Assembly: GCA_002307065.1 (NCBI GenBank)
Contig: DBTN01000037.1
Span: 18,230-82,229 of the forward strand
Direction of reading: 5' to 3'
Length of the DNA: 64,000 nucleotides
DNA from: Akkermansiaceae bacterium UBA1315
GTDB lineage: Bacteria > Verrucomicrobiota > Verrucomicrobiia > Verrucomicrobiales > Akkermansiaceae
A model generated the notes under the pieces. The model was not told the DNA's origin. It saw only the letters and a program-made list of their open reading frames with translations, and made no database searches. This document shows, one piece after another, positions 28,589-39,089 of the stretch. A program made the translations under genes and the position numbers. Each line of letters starts with the position of its first letter. Position 1 is the stretch's first letter.

Positions 28589-30391
28589 TCACAATTCGTC
28601 GTAAATCTCGGTCAAACCCTCGGGATCAACGATCCCCGTAGAACCGGTTTTGATTTCGTCGATCCACGCACGGACGAGGATCGCACTCGTGTCCGCGCAT
28701 GCCTGGAGCCCATAGGAATAGGGGCGGACGCCGGAGATATGCGGAAACGCGATGTCATGGATTCGAGAATTCGGGTTTCCGTCAGCGCCGATCACCCGAT
28801 AGGTGCCATCGACATCGATGCCGCCGGTTTGGTAAAACAGTTCCCCCTCGACCTGAAACAGGTGCTCTTTTTTCTCATCCGGAATCTTTTTCGCGTTCTC
28901 CGATTTCGAAAAAGGCGCCCGCGCCTTGCGGACCGCTCCGCTTTCGACCAGCGACGGAAAAGGATATTCCTTCAGCTCCAGCGGTTTTTGCCCGCTGCAA
29001 TCGACAAACATCCGGTAACTAACGGTGGATTTTTCTCCGTCATCCTCCACTTCGATCGCAGTCATGTCTTTTTCCTCAGCGTCTTCGCCGAGAGTGACAT
29101 TGCCGGAAACGAGCTCAAGTTTCCCCGCGTCATACAATGCCAACAAGGTGTTACCGGAGGGCAATGGCATCGCCGCGATCACATTCATGAGAAATGGCAT
29201 GAAGTGCGAATGAAACAAAAGATGATCTTCCGCCGGCATCAGCTCGGCATGAAAATTCAACGTATACATCAAGTCATCCAACACCTCTTTCCAATGAATC
29301 GGCTTGCGGTTGAGAACGGAATCTTTCGCTTCCACCATCTCATGACGCATGCCTTCAAAAGCATTTTGATAATCGTGTTCATCCGTCATTTTTTCGGAGA
29401 ATTCACGAATCCCAAATTTCGGATCCGTCAGCAGCTCGACCATTTCAGGCATCTTATCTTTTGCGAAAGCATCCGAAAGTGCTGGGCGGCAAACTTTGTC
29501 AAAATACGTCTCGATTCTCAGGAAACCATTTTCATCTAACAGATCCAGCAATGAATCGCGGTCCACGTGGCGATAGATTTCACGCAACGGCTCGACTTGC
29601 TCAAACTGCAAATGAGGCAACAGACCTTGCGCGGAATGCATGACAATTTTGAAATTCTCCGCCCCGGGATGAGGATGAAAAACCAACCGCTGATCCGGAT
29701 CTCCCCGAAACGTGCCATGACGATGCGCCAGCGAGGAAACCACATCAAACGCACTCAAAGACGCGCCAAGTGTGCCAATGGTGAAATCATGAAACTCACC
29801 GTCTTTGGGAATCAGTTTCGAAATCGGCCAAGGCGATGCATAATATCCCTTTTCCGGCTGATCTTCTTCCGTCCAGTAATGTCCGGTCGCGATGATGACT
29901 TTTGAAAACTCCCACTGTTCACCTTCAGCAGACCTGACTTTCACCGACCCAGGTTCCTGATGAAGATCCACAATTTCACATCCTGCATACTCTTGAAACG
30001 GAATGCCAATCTCCGAAAGCTCACTGACGATGGCTTGGTATTGGGAATTCAAATATCTCCCAAGGGCCAACCGGTTGTAAACCGTATGCTCGTCGATCTC
30101 GACATCTGCCAGATCGATCTCCTCCAAGATCGACCGGTCTTGCTTCCTTAACCAATCGGCAAATGAAACCATCAGCTCTGGCAATTCCTCCGACGAAATA
30201 TTTGCCATGTTGTAGCGGTCCGTCGTCTGAGGGCTGTAAGGCATCCCCGTTCCCGTGAGACCGCTCTTTTCAAATATCGAAATGCCCTGAAGGTGATCCT
30301 TTAAAAATCGGGCCTCCGTCAAAAGATGTTTGAGCAAATAAATGGAAGAGGGTCCGCTTCCGATGATGGCCAGATTTTTCTGAGGATTCAT
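28589..30391 (-). CDS. FAD/NAD(P)-binding oxidoreductase (YdhS-like)
   Basis: IIGSGPSS Rossmann motif, GTGMPYS, IIATGH and GASLSAFD. Confidence 0.85.
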   Translation of the reverse strand: MNPQKNLAIIGSGPSSIYLLKHLLTEARFLKDHLQGISIFEKSGLTGTGMPYSPQTTDRYNMANISSEELPELMVSFADWLRKQDRSILEEIDLADVEIDEHTVYNRLALGRYLNSQYQAIVSELSEIGIPFQEYAGCEIVDLHQEPGSVKVRSAEGEQWEFSKVIIATGHYWTEEDQPEKGYYASPWPISKLIPKDGEFHDFTIGTLGASLSAFDVVSSLAHRHGTFRGDPDQRLVFHPHPGAENFKIVMHSAQGLLPHLQFEQVEPLREIYRHVDRDSLLDLLDENGFLRIETYFDKVCRPALSDAFAKDKMPEMVELLTDPKFGIREFSEKMTDEHDYQNAFEGMRHEMVEAKDSVLNRKPIHWKEVLDDLMYTLNFHAELMPAEDHLLFHSHFMPFLMNVIAAMPLPSGNTLLALYDAGKLELVSGNVTLGEDAEEKDMTAIEVEDDGEKSTVSYRMFVDCSGQKPLELKEYPFPSLVESGAVRKARAPFSKSENAKKIPDEKKEHLFQVEGELFYQTGGIDVDGTYRVIGADGNPNSRIHDIAFPHISGVRPYSYGLQACADTSAILVRAWIDEIKTGSTGIVDPEGLTEIYDEL

Positions 30392-30525
30392 GCAGATGAA
30401 AATCGAACATCGTAGCCGAAGCGACGAAATCAAGACGATCCGCAATCATGACCGTCATTGATCACTTTTCGATTCGCCCGACATCGAATCACGATGTAGC
30501 CTGAAAAACGGATCAGGCAAAATCG

Positions 30526-31041
30526 ATGGAAGAAAACGACGAAGAATCAATCATCTCAATCGAAGCGAAGCTCTCGCACATCTATATCTCTGCCGGTCAC
30601 GACTATTGGGGTCGCCACGGCGAGGGCCGATTGCAAAACGGCATCACCGAGGTCAGCGAAATCCAATGTGTCGCCGGCATGGGACTGCGTGGCGACCGGT
30701 ATTTCGGCTACAAACCGGACTTCAAAGGACAGGTGACCTTCTTCGACGCAAAAATCGTCGAAGAAGTCCGTCAGCATTTCAAACTGCCCAAACTTCCCGC
30801 CTCGGTATTCCGTAGAAACCTCATCGTCAATGGCCTCGATCTGCCCCGGCTCCTCGGCAAGCGTTTCCGATTTCAAAATATTATTTTCGAAGGTTCCCAA
30901 GACTGCAAACCGTGCCACTGGATGGACCGCGTCATCGCCGATGGCGGCGAACAATTTCTCAAAGGAAATCTCCGCGGCGGACTGCGGGCGAAAATTCTCA
31001 CCGACGGCGTTCTGCGCGTCGGCGGCTCCAGGCCTGACTGA
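30526..31041 (+). CDS. MOSC domain protein
   Basis: GLRGDRY, FRRNLIV, CKPCHWMD and GGLRAKILTDG motifs. Confidence 0.9.
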   Translation: MEENDEESIISIEAKLSHIYISAGHDYWGRHGEGRLQNGITEVSEIQCVAGMGLRGDRYFGYKPDFKGQVTFFDAKIVEEVRQHFKLPKLPASVFRRNLIVNGLDLPRLLGKRFRFQNIIFEGSQDCKPCHWMDRVIADGGEQFLKGNLRGGLRAKILTDGVLRVGGSRPD

Positions 31042-32132
31042 GCGAGCAAGATCCGCTCCCGACGGTCTGATTTCTCAGAGGTCTGACCACCCCCACAGAA
31101 CGACGGAACCCGAGAGACCTGTCCATCCCCATTGAATCCAAGAACCTTCCTCGCGGGTGATACGCACACCTTCAATTGAAAAGATCGGAGGATCAGCGTG
31201 AGAAGCTGCGTTTTCGACATTACAGCTCACTCTCGCCGACCCTCCGAAAGGGACGTCGTTCGCCTTCGGATAGCGTAACTCTATCCAAGGAACCAAAAAG
31301 ATATCTAACAGGAGAGATGCAAAATCCGGGTCACGCGCCCGACCCCGCACCAGAGGGAAAAGGATCCTTCTTAACGGAGCGCTGGCTTTAGCCGGCGTGT
31401 CAAATTCGCTTGTTGCAGCACGAAAAATCGGGGGCAATGGGGGGATTTCATGGGAGAGTTTTTCGGAGGGATGAATCAATCTCGATCCCTCAACCGCTCA
31501 AAGTACGACAACCCTCGTATTCGCAACGAACCCACTTCAACGCTAAGCGAAGCAAACCCGTTTCGTAACAAAGAAGTCGCAATCATCGGATCGGATCAAA
31601 GAGTCCTTCCGGATGGACGGGGAGTTAGAAAACCGTAGAGAGACGGCTGTGACGATCTTTGGCCACCTCCCAAAGAAAGTGGCTTGGACATGCACCGCCA
31701 CCCCCCCGACCTTTGGATCGGGTGTGACATCGTTGCGGTCGATGTCGACCGCTCTCTACAGGATTTCTACATCCTCGCCCGCCGAGGCGGACAAACAAAA
31801 TCAATCACTTATCCCCCAAAACATCAACTCAAAAAATCGAACCGCTTCACCATGGGGCCCTTTTCCCGTCACGGAAACAATCCCGGCCAACGAGAAAATC
31901 AGCAATGCCAAATAGAATGGAAACCGCCCGAACAATGACGAAGGATTTTTCAAATTTGCGACTGCTCGGAAAAACTCAAATCACTATTTTCCGCAGAGGT
32001 TTCGATCCGCCTCGATTGGGCGACAAATCTGAAAACCCGAAACGCCCGGATACTGAAACCTTAAAGGTCTGGCCACGGGCAAAGGACGACTGAATCACAT
32101 CAACCCGTCAATCACAATGTTAAAATCCAAGG

Positions 32133-32175
32133 ACTGACCCCGTTTACTGACCCCGTTTAGGTATCCGTTTAGGTA
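32133..32175. repeat. Direct repeats ACTGACCCCGTTT x2, then CCGTTTAGGTA x2
   Basis: Read directly at 32133-32158 and 32153-32175. Confidence 0.8.
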
Positions 32176-32216
32176 AGGTATCAAATTTCGTGGATTTTTC
32201 TGCCTGACTGGGTGGT

Positions 32217-33140
32217 TCAATCAGATCGGGGGCGGATGCTTTCCGGCCATAAGAGGGATCGGTGGAGTTGCGCGCCTGCCATGGCACCACTGCCCACTGC
32301 CAACGAAACCGAGTGGGGTGAGCGGGCTGCGTCGCCGCAGGCAAAGATACCAGGCACCGACGTCTTGGCTTCTGAATCGATTTGCAACTGCATGCCCATG
32401 GGCGTTTCTTCTAATGCGCAACCTATTTGCTCTACGAGGCTACCGGAAGGATCGGTGCGCGGCGAGGTGAACAAACCGGCGAAGCAAAGTCGACGGCCAT
32501 CGTTTAGTACTACGTCTGCCGTACCTTCTATTCTGTCGATGCGCTCTTGTTCGATGATTACGCCCCGTTTCTCCAGGCTGAGTCGAACCGGATCTTCCAA
32601 CTCCAGAGCCCCATTGATGAGTAAGGTCACGCTTCCCCAATCGGTGAGGAGTTCGGCCTGATGAATCGATAAGGGCCGCACGGCGATAACGCCGATGGCG
32701 CCTCCGTTCAATTCATAGCCGTGACAATAGGGGCAATGGAAAACGTGAGTTCCCCAGCGTTCGGCCAGGCCTTTTACGGGAGGGAGATGGTCGCGCACAC
32801 CGATGGCCAGCAAAATGCGTCTGCCTTGCCACGAGTTGCCGTTCGTCGCCGTGACGGTGAAATCATCCACTTGGCCGGAGACCTCTTTGACGCTCTCTTC
32901 CGCCCAAGTGAGGGTAGGGTAAGCTTCGAGTTGGCGGCGTGCCGTTGCTGCGAGTTCGGCAGGGTCGATGCCATCACTTCCCAGAAATCCGTGTGAATGG
33001 CGGGCGAAACGGTTACGGCGCTGGCCGGCATCAATGACCAATACCGATCTGCGAGCCCGTACCAATTGCAGGGCAGCGGCCATTCCTGCGTAGCTTCCGC
33101 CGATGACGATAAAATCATGCTTCATATCAGTTTTTTCCAT
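32217..33140 (-). CDS. NAD(P)/FAD-dependent oxidoreductase (thioredoxin-reductase-like)
   Basis: VIGGSYAGMAAA, FHCPYCHGYE and GIFACGDAA motifs. Confidence 0.92.
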   Translation of the reverse strand: MEKTDMKHDFIVIGGSYAGMAAALQLVRARRSVLVIDAGQRRNRFARHSHGFLGSDGIDPAELAATARRQLEAYPTLTWAEESVKEVSGQVDDFTVTATNGNSWQGRRILLAIGVRDHLPPVKGLAERWGTHVFHCPYCHGYELNGGAIGVIAVRPLSIHQAELLTDWGSVTLLINGALELEDPVRLSLEKRGVIIEQERIDRIEGTADVVLNDGRRLCFAGLFTSPRTDPSGSLVEQIGCALEETPMGMQLQIDSEAKTSVPGIFACGDAARSPHSVSLAVGSGAMAGAQLHRSLLWPESIRPRSD

Positions 33141-33570
33141 GTTTTACGGCCGCATGTCGGCAAGAGAAGTCGGCGGCCAGATCCGCAAGGGTGATCTCGG
33201 AAAAGCGCTTCAGTAGCAGGGCTTCTGCTTCATCCAGTGTGACAGCGAGCGCGGCGTTGACCGCTTGCTCGACCAAGCATTCTGGAGCTTCGTTATGATT
33301 GCCAATCGCGAAAATGGCGGGTTCCTCAAGTGCCTCGTGCAAATGAAGCAAGGTGATGGAGCAAAGGTCTGCTTTGATGACCCATCCACCTGCGTGACCT
33401 CGATCAGAGCTTACAATTCCCGCTTTCCGTAAATAACCCATCGTTCGCCGAACGACCACCGGATTGGTGCTCAAGCATTGGGCAAGAACCTTCGAAGTGA
33501 CGGGGCCTTCGTGATCCGCCATGTGCAAAAGCGCATGAAGAACCGAAGACAGGCGGCTGTGACGCTTCAT
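33127..33570 (-). CDS. Rrf2 family transcriptional regulator
   Basis: MKRHSRLSSVLHALLHM...TNPVVVRRTMGYLRKAGIV.S.RGHAGGW. Confidence 0.92.
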   Translation of the reverse strand: MKRHSRLSSVLHALLHMADHEGPVTSKVLAQCLSTNPVVVRRTMGYLRKAGIVSSDRGHAGGWVIKADLCSITLLHLHEALEEPAIFAIGNHNEAPECLVEQAVNAALAVTLDEAEALLLKRFSEITLADLAADFSCRHAAVKHGKN

Positions 33571-33898
33571 GTAACTATTGATGTTCCATTTGTCCCGCTC
33601 AGTCAACTCGATTTTCCGAGGAGACGGAATCGGACTTCTTGTTTTGAGTGCTCTTGCGATCAGTGGGGGGATAAATATCTGGCGCTGCTGGGTTTTTCGC
33701 GGCGATTTAGAAATGATCAATTGGTATTCTGGAGCCTTTGGTGTCAGGAGGATTCAGGATCCAAAACAGCCGGGGCGAGGTGTCAAGTGGTAGTGTACAA
33801 TGCCCTTCCAGACTCCTCATCCACGATGGGGGGAATTAAAAATGGCCTGGGACCTGGCACGACAAAGAAATAGGCCACTAAAAATCAGAGAGAAAAAA

Positions 33899-33973
<75 letters not shown>

Positions 33974-34145
33974 ATTTTTTTCTGTCACCGTTTGGGGCGA
34001 ACAGGAGGCAATCCGGTATCGGCCCGCGCGCGGTTTGTCCAACGAAATTTACAAAACTCCTGACAATCCGCAACGCCCGATTGGTCGGGCCGGGTTGACA
34101 GTCAGAGCCTGGTCCCCCATGGTCCGCGGCTTAGAAGACTAAAAT

Positions 34146-35507
34146 ATGATTTTTAAAAGCCTCTGCCGCCACGCTGGGATCGGCGCGAATTCCTATCTGA
34201 TAGAAACCAAGACAGCTCGCGTCGTCTTGGACGCCGGTATGCATCCCAAGCACGAAGGCAATGAGGCGATCCCTCATTTTGATTTCCTCGAACCGGGAAG
34301 CATCGATTCCGCGATCATCACTCACTCGCACTTGGACCACGTCGGCACGCTGCCGGTTTTGCTCGATTCCCAGGCACAGGCGAAGGTTTTCATGAGTCCG
34401 GAAACGGCCGAGCTATCGTCCGCGTTGCTGCATAACTCCGTGAACGTCATGCAGTCGAAACGCGTTGAACTCGGCATCACCGAATATCCGCTGTTTGATC
34501 ATCGCGAGTTGGATCGTATCAAGGAAACGATCGAGCCACGCGGAATCGAGCGCCCTTTCGACCTCGACCATGGCGGCACGCTGCGCGCCACATTCCACGA
34601 TGCTGGTCACATTCTCGGCTCGGTCGGCGTGACGATCGAGGGCGACGGGAAAAAAATCTTCTACACCGGTGACGTGAATTTCGAAGACGCCACGCTGCAA
34701 AAAGGCGCCGTTTTCCCGACGGACACGGTCGACGCATTGATCGTGGAAACGACGCGTGGTGACAGCTCGCGCCGGCCGGACTACACCCGTGCCAGCGAAG
34801 AAGCGGATCTCGCGGAATCGATCAGCCGGGTGCTCGCACGTGGGGGTTCCGTCCTGATCCCGGTTTTCGCCATGGGAAAAACGCAGGAAGTCCTGGCGAT
34901 GCTGCATCGTTTCAAAAAAGAAGGCCTCATTCCGAAAAAAGCCCCGGTTTACATCGGCGGCCTGAGCACGAAAATGACGACCATTTACGATCGTTTCACC
35001 GATTCTTCACGGCGCAATTTCCCCGGATTCAAATTCCTCTCCGACATGGAGATCGAAGGAGGAAACCGCAAACGCAAAGGCAGCATTCCCTTCGCCGCCG
35101 GTTGCATCTACGCGCTTTCCAGCGGCATGATGACGGAAAAAACCGTGTCGAACAACTTCGCCCGCCAGGGTGTTTTGGAAAATTCACGTCACGGGCTTTT
35201 CTTCGTCGGTTATGCCGATCCGGCCTCGCCCGGCGGACAAATTCGTGCAGCCCAACCGGGCGACGACGTTCTGCTTGATCCAGCGTATCCGCCGGTCAAG
35301 ATGCGTTGCGAAATGCGGATCTTCGATTTCAGTGGCCACTCGACCCGTGAAGCGATCGCCGACTTCGTGGTAAAGGTGAAACCGAAAAAGGCATTCCTCG
35401 TCCACGGCGACGATCCCGCGATCGAATGGTTCCGCCAAGAGCTGAACCGCCGCATCCCGGAAACCGAGATCATCGTCCCGCTCCCGGGCGTCGCTCACGA
35501 AATCTAA
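34146..35507 (+). CDS. MBL-fold beta-CASP ribonuclease
   Basis: THSHLDH, AGHILGS, YTGD, PVFAMGKTQE, FSGHS and LVHGD motifs. Confidence 0.92.
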   Translation: MIFKSLCRHAGIGANSYLIETKTARVVLDAGMHPKHEGNEAIPHFDFLEPGSIDSAIITHSHLDHVGTLPVLLDSQAQAKVFMSPETAELSSALLHNSVNVMQSKRVELGITEYPLFDHRELDRIKETIEPRGIERPFDLDHGGTLRATFHDAGHILGSVGVTIEGDGKKIFYTGDVNFEDATLQKGAVFPTDTVDALIVETTRGDSSRRPDYTRASEEADLAESISRVLARGGSVLIPVFAMGKTQEVLAMLHRFKKEGLIPKKAPVYIGGLSTKMTTIYDRFTDSSRRNFPGFKFLSDMEIEGGNRKRKGSIPFAAGCIYALSSGMMTEKTVSNNFARQGVLENSRHGLFFVGYADPASPGGQIRAAQPGDDVLLDPAYPPVKMRCEMRIFDFSGHSTREAIADFVVKVKPKKAFLVHGDDPAIEWFRQELNRRIPETEIIVPLPGVAHEI

Positions 35508-35543
35508 GCGTTTCCCCTGTTTTTCACCCGAATCCCCGAATAT

Positions 35544-36371
35544 ATGTTACCCGAAAACACCTGGCTCATCGGCCTCGCCATCCTTTGCGTCGTTCTCGGC
35601 GCGATGCTCAGCTCGAAATTTTCCAAAGGCCGTGCGGAAAAAAAGCGCCTCGCTGAGGACTCCTCCGCACGGGATCGCGGGAAAAAACTCGAAGAATCGC
35701 TCTCCAAAGCCCAAGCGAAACTCAAAGAAGTCCAAGCGGATTTCGATTCGCTCAAAAACAGCTCCGTCAGCAAATCCGCCTTGGAATCGGTCCACGCTGA
35801 GCTTGCAGAGCTCCGCCAAGCCCTCGACACCGCTCAAAAACGCGCCGCCGCTCTTGAGACCGATTTGAAAAAGTCCCAGGAAACGCTCAAAGGCCTCCAC
35901 GCTCGCGCAAACGAGGTCGATCGCACCCAAAAAGAACGCAGCTTCACTTTGGAAAACGAGCTCTCCAAAACCCGCGCCCAGCTCGCCGACGCCCTCGCCC
36001 GCCCGGACAACACCACCGAACTCCACGCGGAAATCGAGCGCCTGCGCGAATCCGTCGCCAATGGCACCCGCTACGCCGGCGAGCTCCGCAAACGCGAGGC
36101 CGCCGCTCAAGAGGCACTTCAAAAACTTCAGCGCAAACTCGACAAACAACCGGTCGAGTCCACCGATCCGGTCGAATCCGCCCCCAACGATTTTCCGGCA
36201 CGCGAATCGGACCGCATCGCCGCCGCGAAGGCCGAAGTCATCCGGCTCCACGCTCTGAATGCCGAACGGAAAAACGTCACCCCTGCCGCCGAACTGCCAC
36301 TTTTCCCTGAAGAACCGGTTAAATCCGCGCTGGCGGCGAATGAAAATCAAGAAGACGAAACAATCGTCTGA
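35544..36371 (+). CDS. Membrane-anchored coiled-coil protein
   Basis: N-terminal TM helix followed by a long E/K/A/L heptad region. Confidence 0.75.
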   Translation: MLPENTWLIGLAILCVVLGAMLSSKFSKGRAEKKRLAEDSSARDRGKKLEESLSKAQAKLKEVQADFDSLKNSSVSKSALESVHAELAELRQALDTAQKRAAALETDLKKSQETLKGLHARANEVDRTQKERSFTLENELSKTRAQLADALARPDNTTELHAEIERLRESVANGTRYAGELRKREAAAQEALQKLQRKLDKQPVESTDPVESAPNDFPARESDRIAAAKAEVIRLHALNAERKNVTPAAELPLFPEEPVKSALAANENQEDETIV

Positions 36372-36396
36372 GTATCCCACGTAAAAACCCGACCAT

Positions 36397-38574
36397 ATGA
36401 ACAAGCACTTGGCTTTCCCGCTCCTTCTGCTCACCTCGGCCCACGCCCAGCCGCTCGATAAAACCGTGATCGCGGAAGGATTCCACGATCCGATGGAAAT
36501 CGCCGTCGCTCCCGACGGCGACCTTTTTGTCACCGAACGCGAAGGCCGCCTGCTGCGCGTCCGCCCGTCAACCGGTGGGATTTTCGAAATCGGAGCGCTC
36601 AAAGTAGAAGCGCTCCGAGCCAGTGATCCGAACAGCAACTACGCGCGAGAAGACGGTCTGCAAGGAATCGCGCTTGATCCGGACTTCGCCAACAACCAGC
36701 GGATCTACCTTTATTACAGCGATCCGGAAAAGGTCCTGGACCGCTTGTCACGCTTCACGCTCAAAGACGGAAAGCTCGATAAATCGTCTGAATTGGTGCT
36801 CATCGAGGTCCCGACGACCCGCGAAAACAAAGTCTGCCATCACGGGGGCAGCGTCGAATTCGGCCCTGATGGATTGCTTTACCTCAGCACCGGCGACAAT
36901 ACCAACCCGTTTGAAAGCAGCGGCTCGTCACCGATCGATGACCGCGAAGGTCATGAATACGCGAACGCTGCTCGCAGCGCGGGAAACACCAATGATCTGC
37001 GGGGAAAAATCCTGCGCATCAAGCCGACCGAAACCGGTTACGAAATCCCCGAAGGAAATCTTTTCAAACCGGGCACGCCAAAAACCCGTCCGGAAATCTA
37101 CGTGATGGGCTGCCGCAACCCGTTTCGCATTTCGATCGATCCGAAAACCCGCAATCTCTTCTGGGGCGAAGTCGGCCCGGACGCCGCCAGCGACACCGCC
37201 CGCGGCCCGCGCGGTCAGGACGAAGTGAACGTGGCGAAAGCCGCCGGCAATTTCGGTTGGCCCTTTGTCATCGGCAACAACGAACCTTACAGCCGGTTTG
37301 ATTTCGCCACCAACAAGGTCGGCGAAAAACAAAATCCTGCCGCGCCGAAAAACGAAAGCCGAAGCAATACCGGTTTGACCGATCTGCCGCCCGCCCAACC
37401 GGCGCTGATTTGGTATCCCTACGCGGAAAGCCCCGAATTCCCGGTTCTGGGAAAAGGCGGCCGCAACGCCATGGCCGGACCGGTTTTTTATCACGACTCC
37501 GCCCGCAAATACAACATCCTCGGACCGGAAGACGACAAAACCCTGCTCGCCTACGAATGGATGCGCGGGAAAATTTTCAAAGCAAAACTCGATGCTGACG
37601 AAAAACTGAAAAACCTCGAAGTGCTCGCGGACGGATTCATCCACCCGATGGATCTCGAAATGGCCCAGGACGGCACGCTCTGGATGCTCGAATACGGAAG
37701 CGACTGGTGGTTTAATAAAAACGGCAAAATCCTGCGCTTGCTGCCAAGCAGCGGAAACAAACCGCCGACGATTTCCATCGAAGTTTCCTCCGCCGATGCC
37801 AATCAGTTTCTCGTCAAGGAAGCGAGCGATCCGGACGGCGACCCGGTAACCATCACCTGGTGGCTCACCGAAGGCGCTACCGAGCGCTCATTGGGAACCG
37901 GTCAGACAGCCTCTCTTTCCGGAACCACGGGCACGGAAGTCCGCGCCGTCGCGACCGACGGCAAGGGCGGCATTGCGATCGCACGCGTTTCCTTGGTGAA
38001 AGAAAAGGCGTTACCGCAGTTGATTCTGGACATCGGAGGCCAACCCAAATCGCTCAATTTCAACCAGGAAGTTTCTTTCGCCGTCCGCGCTGAAGGATTG
38101 GACAGCTCCAAGGTCACGGTCCGCGCGCGCTACATCCCGCCGACCGGTCACGACGCGGGCGGTCCGCAATTCAGCACCGATGTTGAAACTCTGGTGACTT
38201 CCAAACTCTGCCTCGCTTGCCACCAAGTCGCCCATCCATCGGTCGGGCCACAGTATCTCAACGTCTCCCTGAAATACCGCGATCGCGCGGATGCGGTGGA
38301 TTATTTGAAAGGCAAACTCAAGAACGGTAGCACCGGCGCCTGGGGCGAAGTTCCCATGCCGCCGCAGATCGCCGTCAATGATGAGGAAGCGAACACGATC
38401 ATTCGCGCGATCCTCGGTTTGGCCGATGGCATCAGCGAAGCGAGCGGCTCCGCTTCCGGAAAACTCAAGCTCGCGCCTCAACCCCCGGATGCCGCTCCCG
38501 CCGGAGCGTGGGAAATCAGCGCAGACGCGCCTGGCTTCCTCGGTGCGAAATTCCGCGTGGCTGCGGAAAAGTAA
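36397..38574 (+). CDS. PQQ-dependent sugar dehydrogenase (GSDH) with PKD-like and cytochrome c domains
   Basis: Signal peptide; CHHGG, LRGKILRI and GCRNPFR motifs; heme motif CLACH. Confidence 0.88.
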   Translation: MNKHLAFPLLLLTSAHAQPLDKTVIAEGFHDPMEIAVAPDGDLFVTEREGRLLRVRPSTGGIFEIGALKVEALRASDPNSNYAREDGLQGIALDPDFANNQRIYLYYSDPEKVLDRLSRFTLKDGKLDKSSELVLIEVPTTRENKVCHHGGSVEFGPDGLLYLSTGDNTNPFESSGSSPIDDREGHEYANAARSAGNTNDLRGKILRIKPTETGYEIPEGNLFKPGTPKTRPEIYVMGCRNPFRISIDPKTRNLFWGEVGPDAASDTARGPRGQDEVNVAKAAGNFGWPFVIGNNEPYSRFDFATNKVGEKQNPAAPKNESRSNTGLTDLPPAQPALIWYPYAESPEFPVLGKGGRNAMAGPVFYHDSARKYNILGPEDDKTLLAYEWMRGKIFKAKLDADEKLKNLEVLADGFIHPMDLEMAQDGTLWMLEYGSDWWFNKNGKILRLLPSSGNKPPTISIEVSSADANQFLVKEASDPDGDPVTITWWLTEGATERSLGTGQTASLSGTTGTEVRAVATDGKGGIAIARVSLVKEKALPQLILDIGGQPKSLNFNQEVSFAVRAEGLDSSKVTVRARYIPPTGHDAGGPQFSTDVETLVTSKLCLACHQVAHPSVGPQYLNVSLKYRDRADAVDYLKGKLKNGSTGAWGEVPMPPQIAVNDEEANTIIRAILGLADGISEASGSASGKLKLAPQPPDAAPAGAWEISADAPGFLGAKFRVAAEK

Positions 38575-38576
38575 AC

Positions 38577-38631
38577 TGGACCTCGGACTTGAGTCCGAAA
38601 TCTTCAACCACGGACTCAAGTCCGTGGTCCA
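38577..38631. repeat. REP-like inverted doublet TGGACC(T/A)CGGACTTGAGTCCG between convergent genes
   Basis: 21-nt copies at 38577-38597 and, inverted, 38611-38631 with one mismatch; a third copy at 55510-55530. Confidence 0.8.
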
Positions 38632-39089
38632 ATTTTCCCAAAGCGCTTTTCGAGTTCCTGCCGCCGGAACGCGAAAATGCGCTTCAGCTTTTCACCGACA
38701 AATACCGCGTGAGCCAGCGCGCCAAACGGTCCGAATGGCAACGCGTAGTGAACGAGATCCCGCATCCGCACGCCACCTTCGATTTCCTCGAACGTATGCC
38801 GATGATGCCAAAACCGGTAAGGCCCAAATCGTTGCTCATCGACGAATGATCGGCCTTCCTCGACGGATTTGATTTCCGTCACCCAGCCAACCCAAGTCAG
38901 CGGCGCGACTTTCACCCGATAGGTGATGATCTGGCCCTCATACATTTTGTCGCCGGAAAGCGTCAGCAATTTCATCCCAAGATCGCCCGGAGTGATCTCG
39001 TCCAGATTCCGCGGCGATGAGAAAAAGTCCCACGCCTCGGCCAAGGTGAGCGGCAGGATTTGCTCCTGCTCTAAAACGTGGATCTTCAT
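38616..39089 (-). CDS. SRPBCC family protein
   Basis: WDFFSSPRNL..ITP, FVDEQRFGPYRFWHHRH and IFAFRRQ patterns. Confidence 0.9.
   Translation of the reverse strand: MKIHVLEQEQILPLTLAEAWDFFSSPRNLDEITPGDLGMKLLTLSGDKMYEGQIITYRVKVAPLTWVGWVTEIKSVEEGRSFVDEQRFGPYRFWHHRHTFEEIEGGVRMRDLVHYALPFGPFGALAHAVFVGEKLKRIFAFRRQELEKRFGKIGPRT

Larger units (their letters stand above)
31042..33898. mobile_element. Probable decayed island at the tRNA 3' end (no integrase visible)
   Basis: Abuts the tRNA 3' end, lacks the host ACCGGT motif, carries a proteobacterial-looking Rrf2/oxidoreductase pair, broken ORFs and arm-site-like repeats. No att duplication found. Confidence 0.4.

Noticed and set aside
31042-31480. 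Group II intron, tmRNA, RNase P or retron ncRNA
   Set aside because: No domain V, tmRNA termini or RNase P core motif recognised, and no reverse transcriptase nearby.
32133-32175. Possible CRISPR or iteron array
   Set aside because: Only 2-3 short units with no spacers and no cas or rep gene in the window.
31042-33898. att-site duplication of the tRNA 3' end and an integrase gene
   Set aside because: No copy of TGGTGGCAAGGGG and no tyrosine/serine recombinase motifs seen, so the island call stays low confidence.
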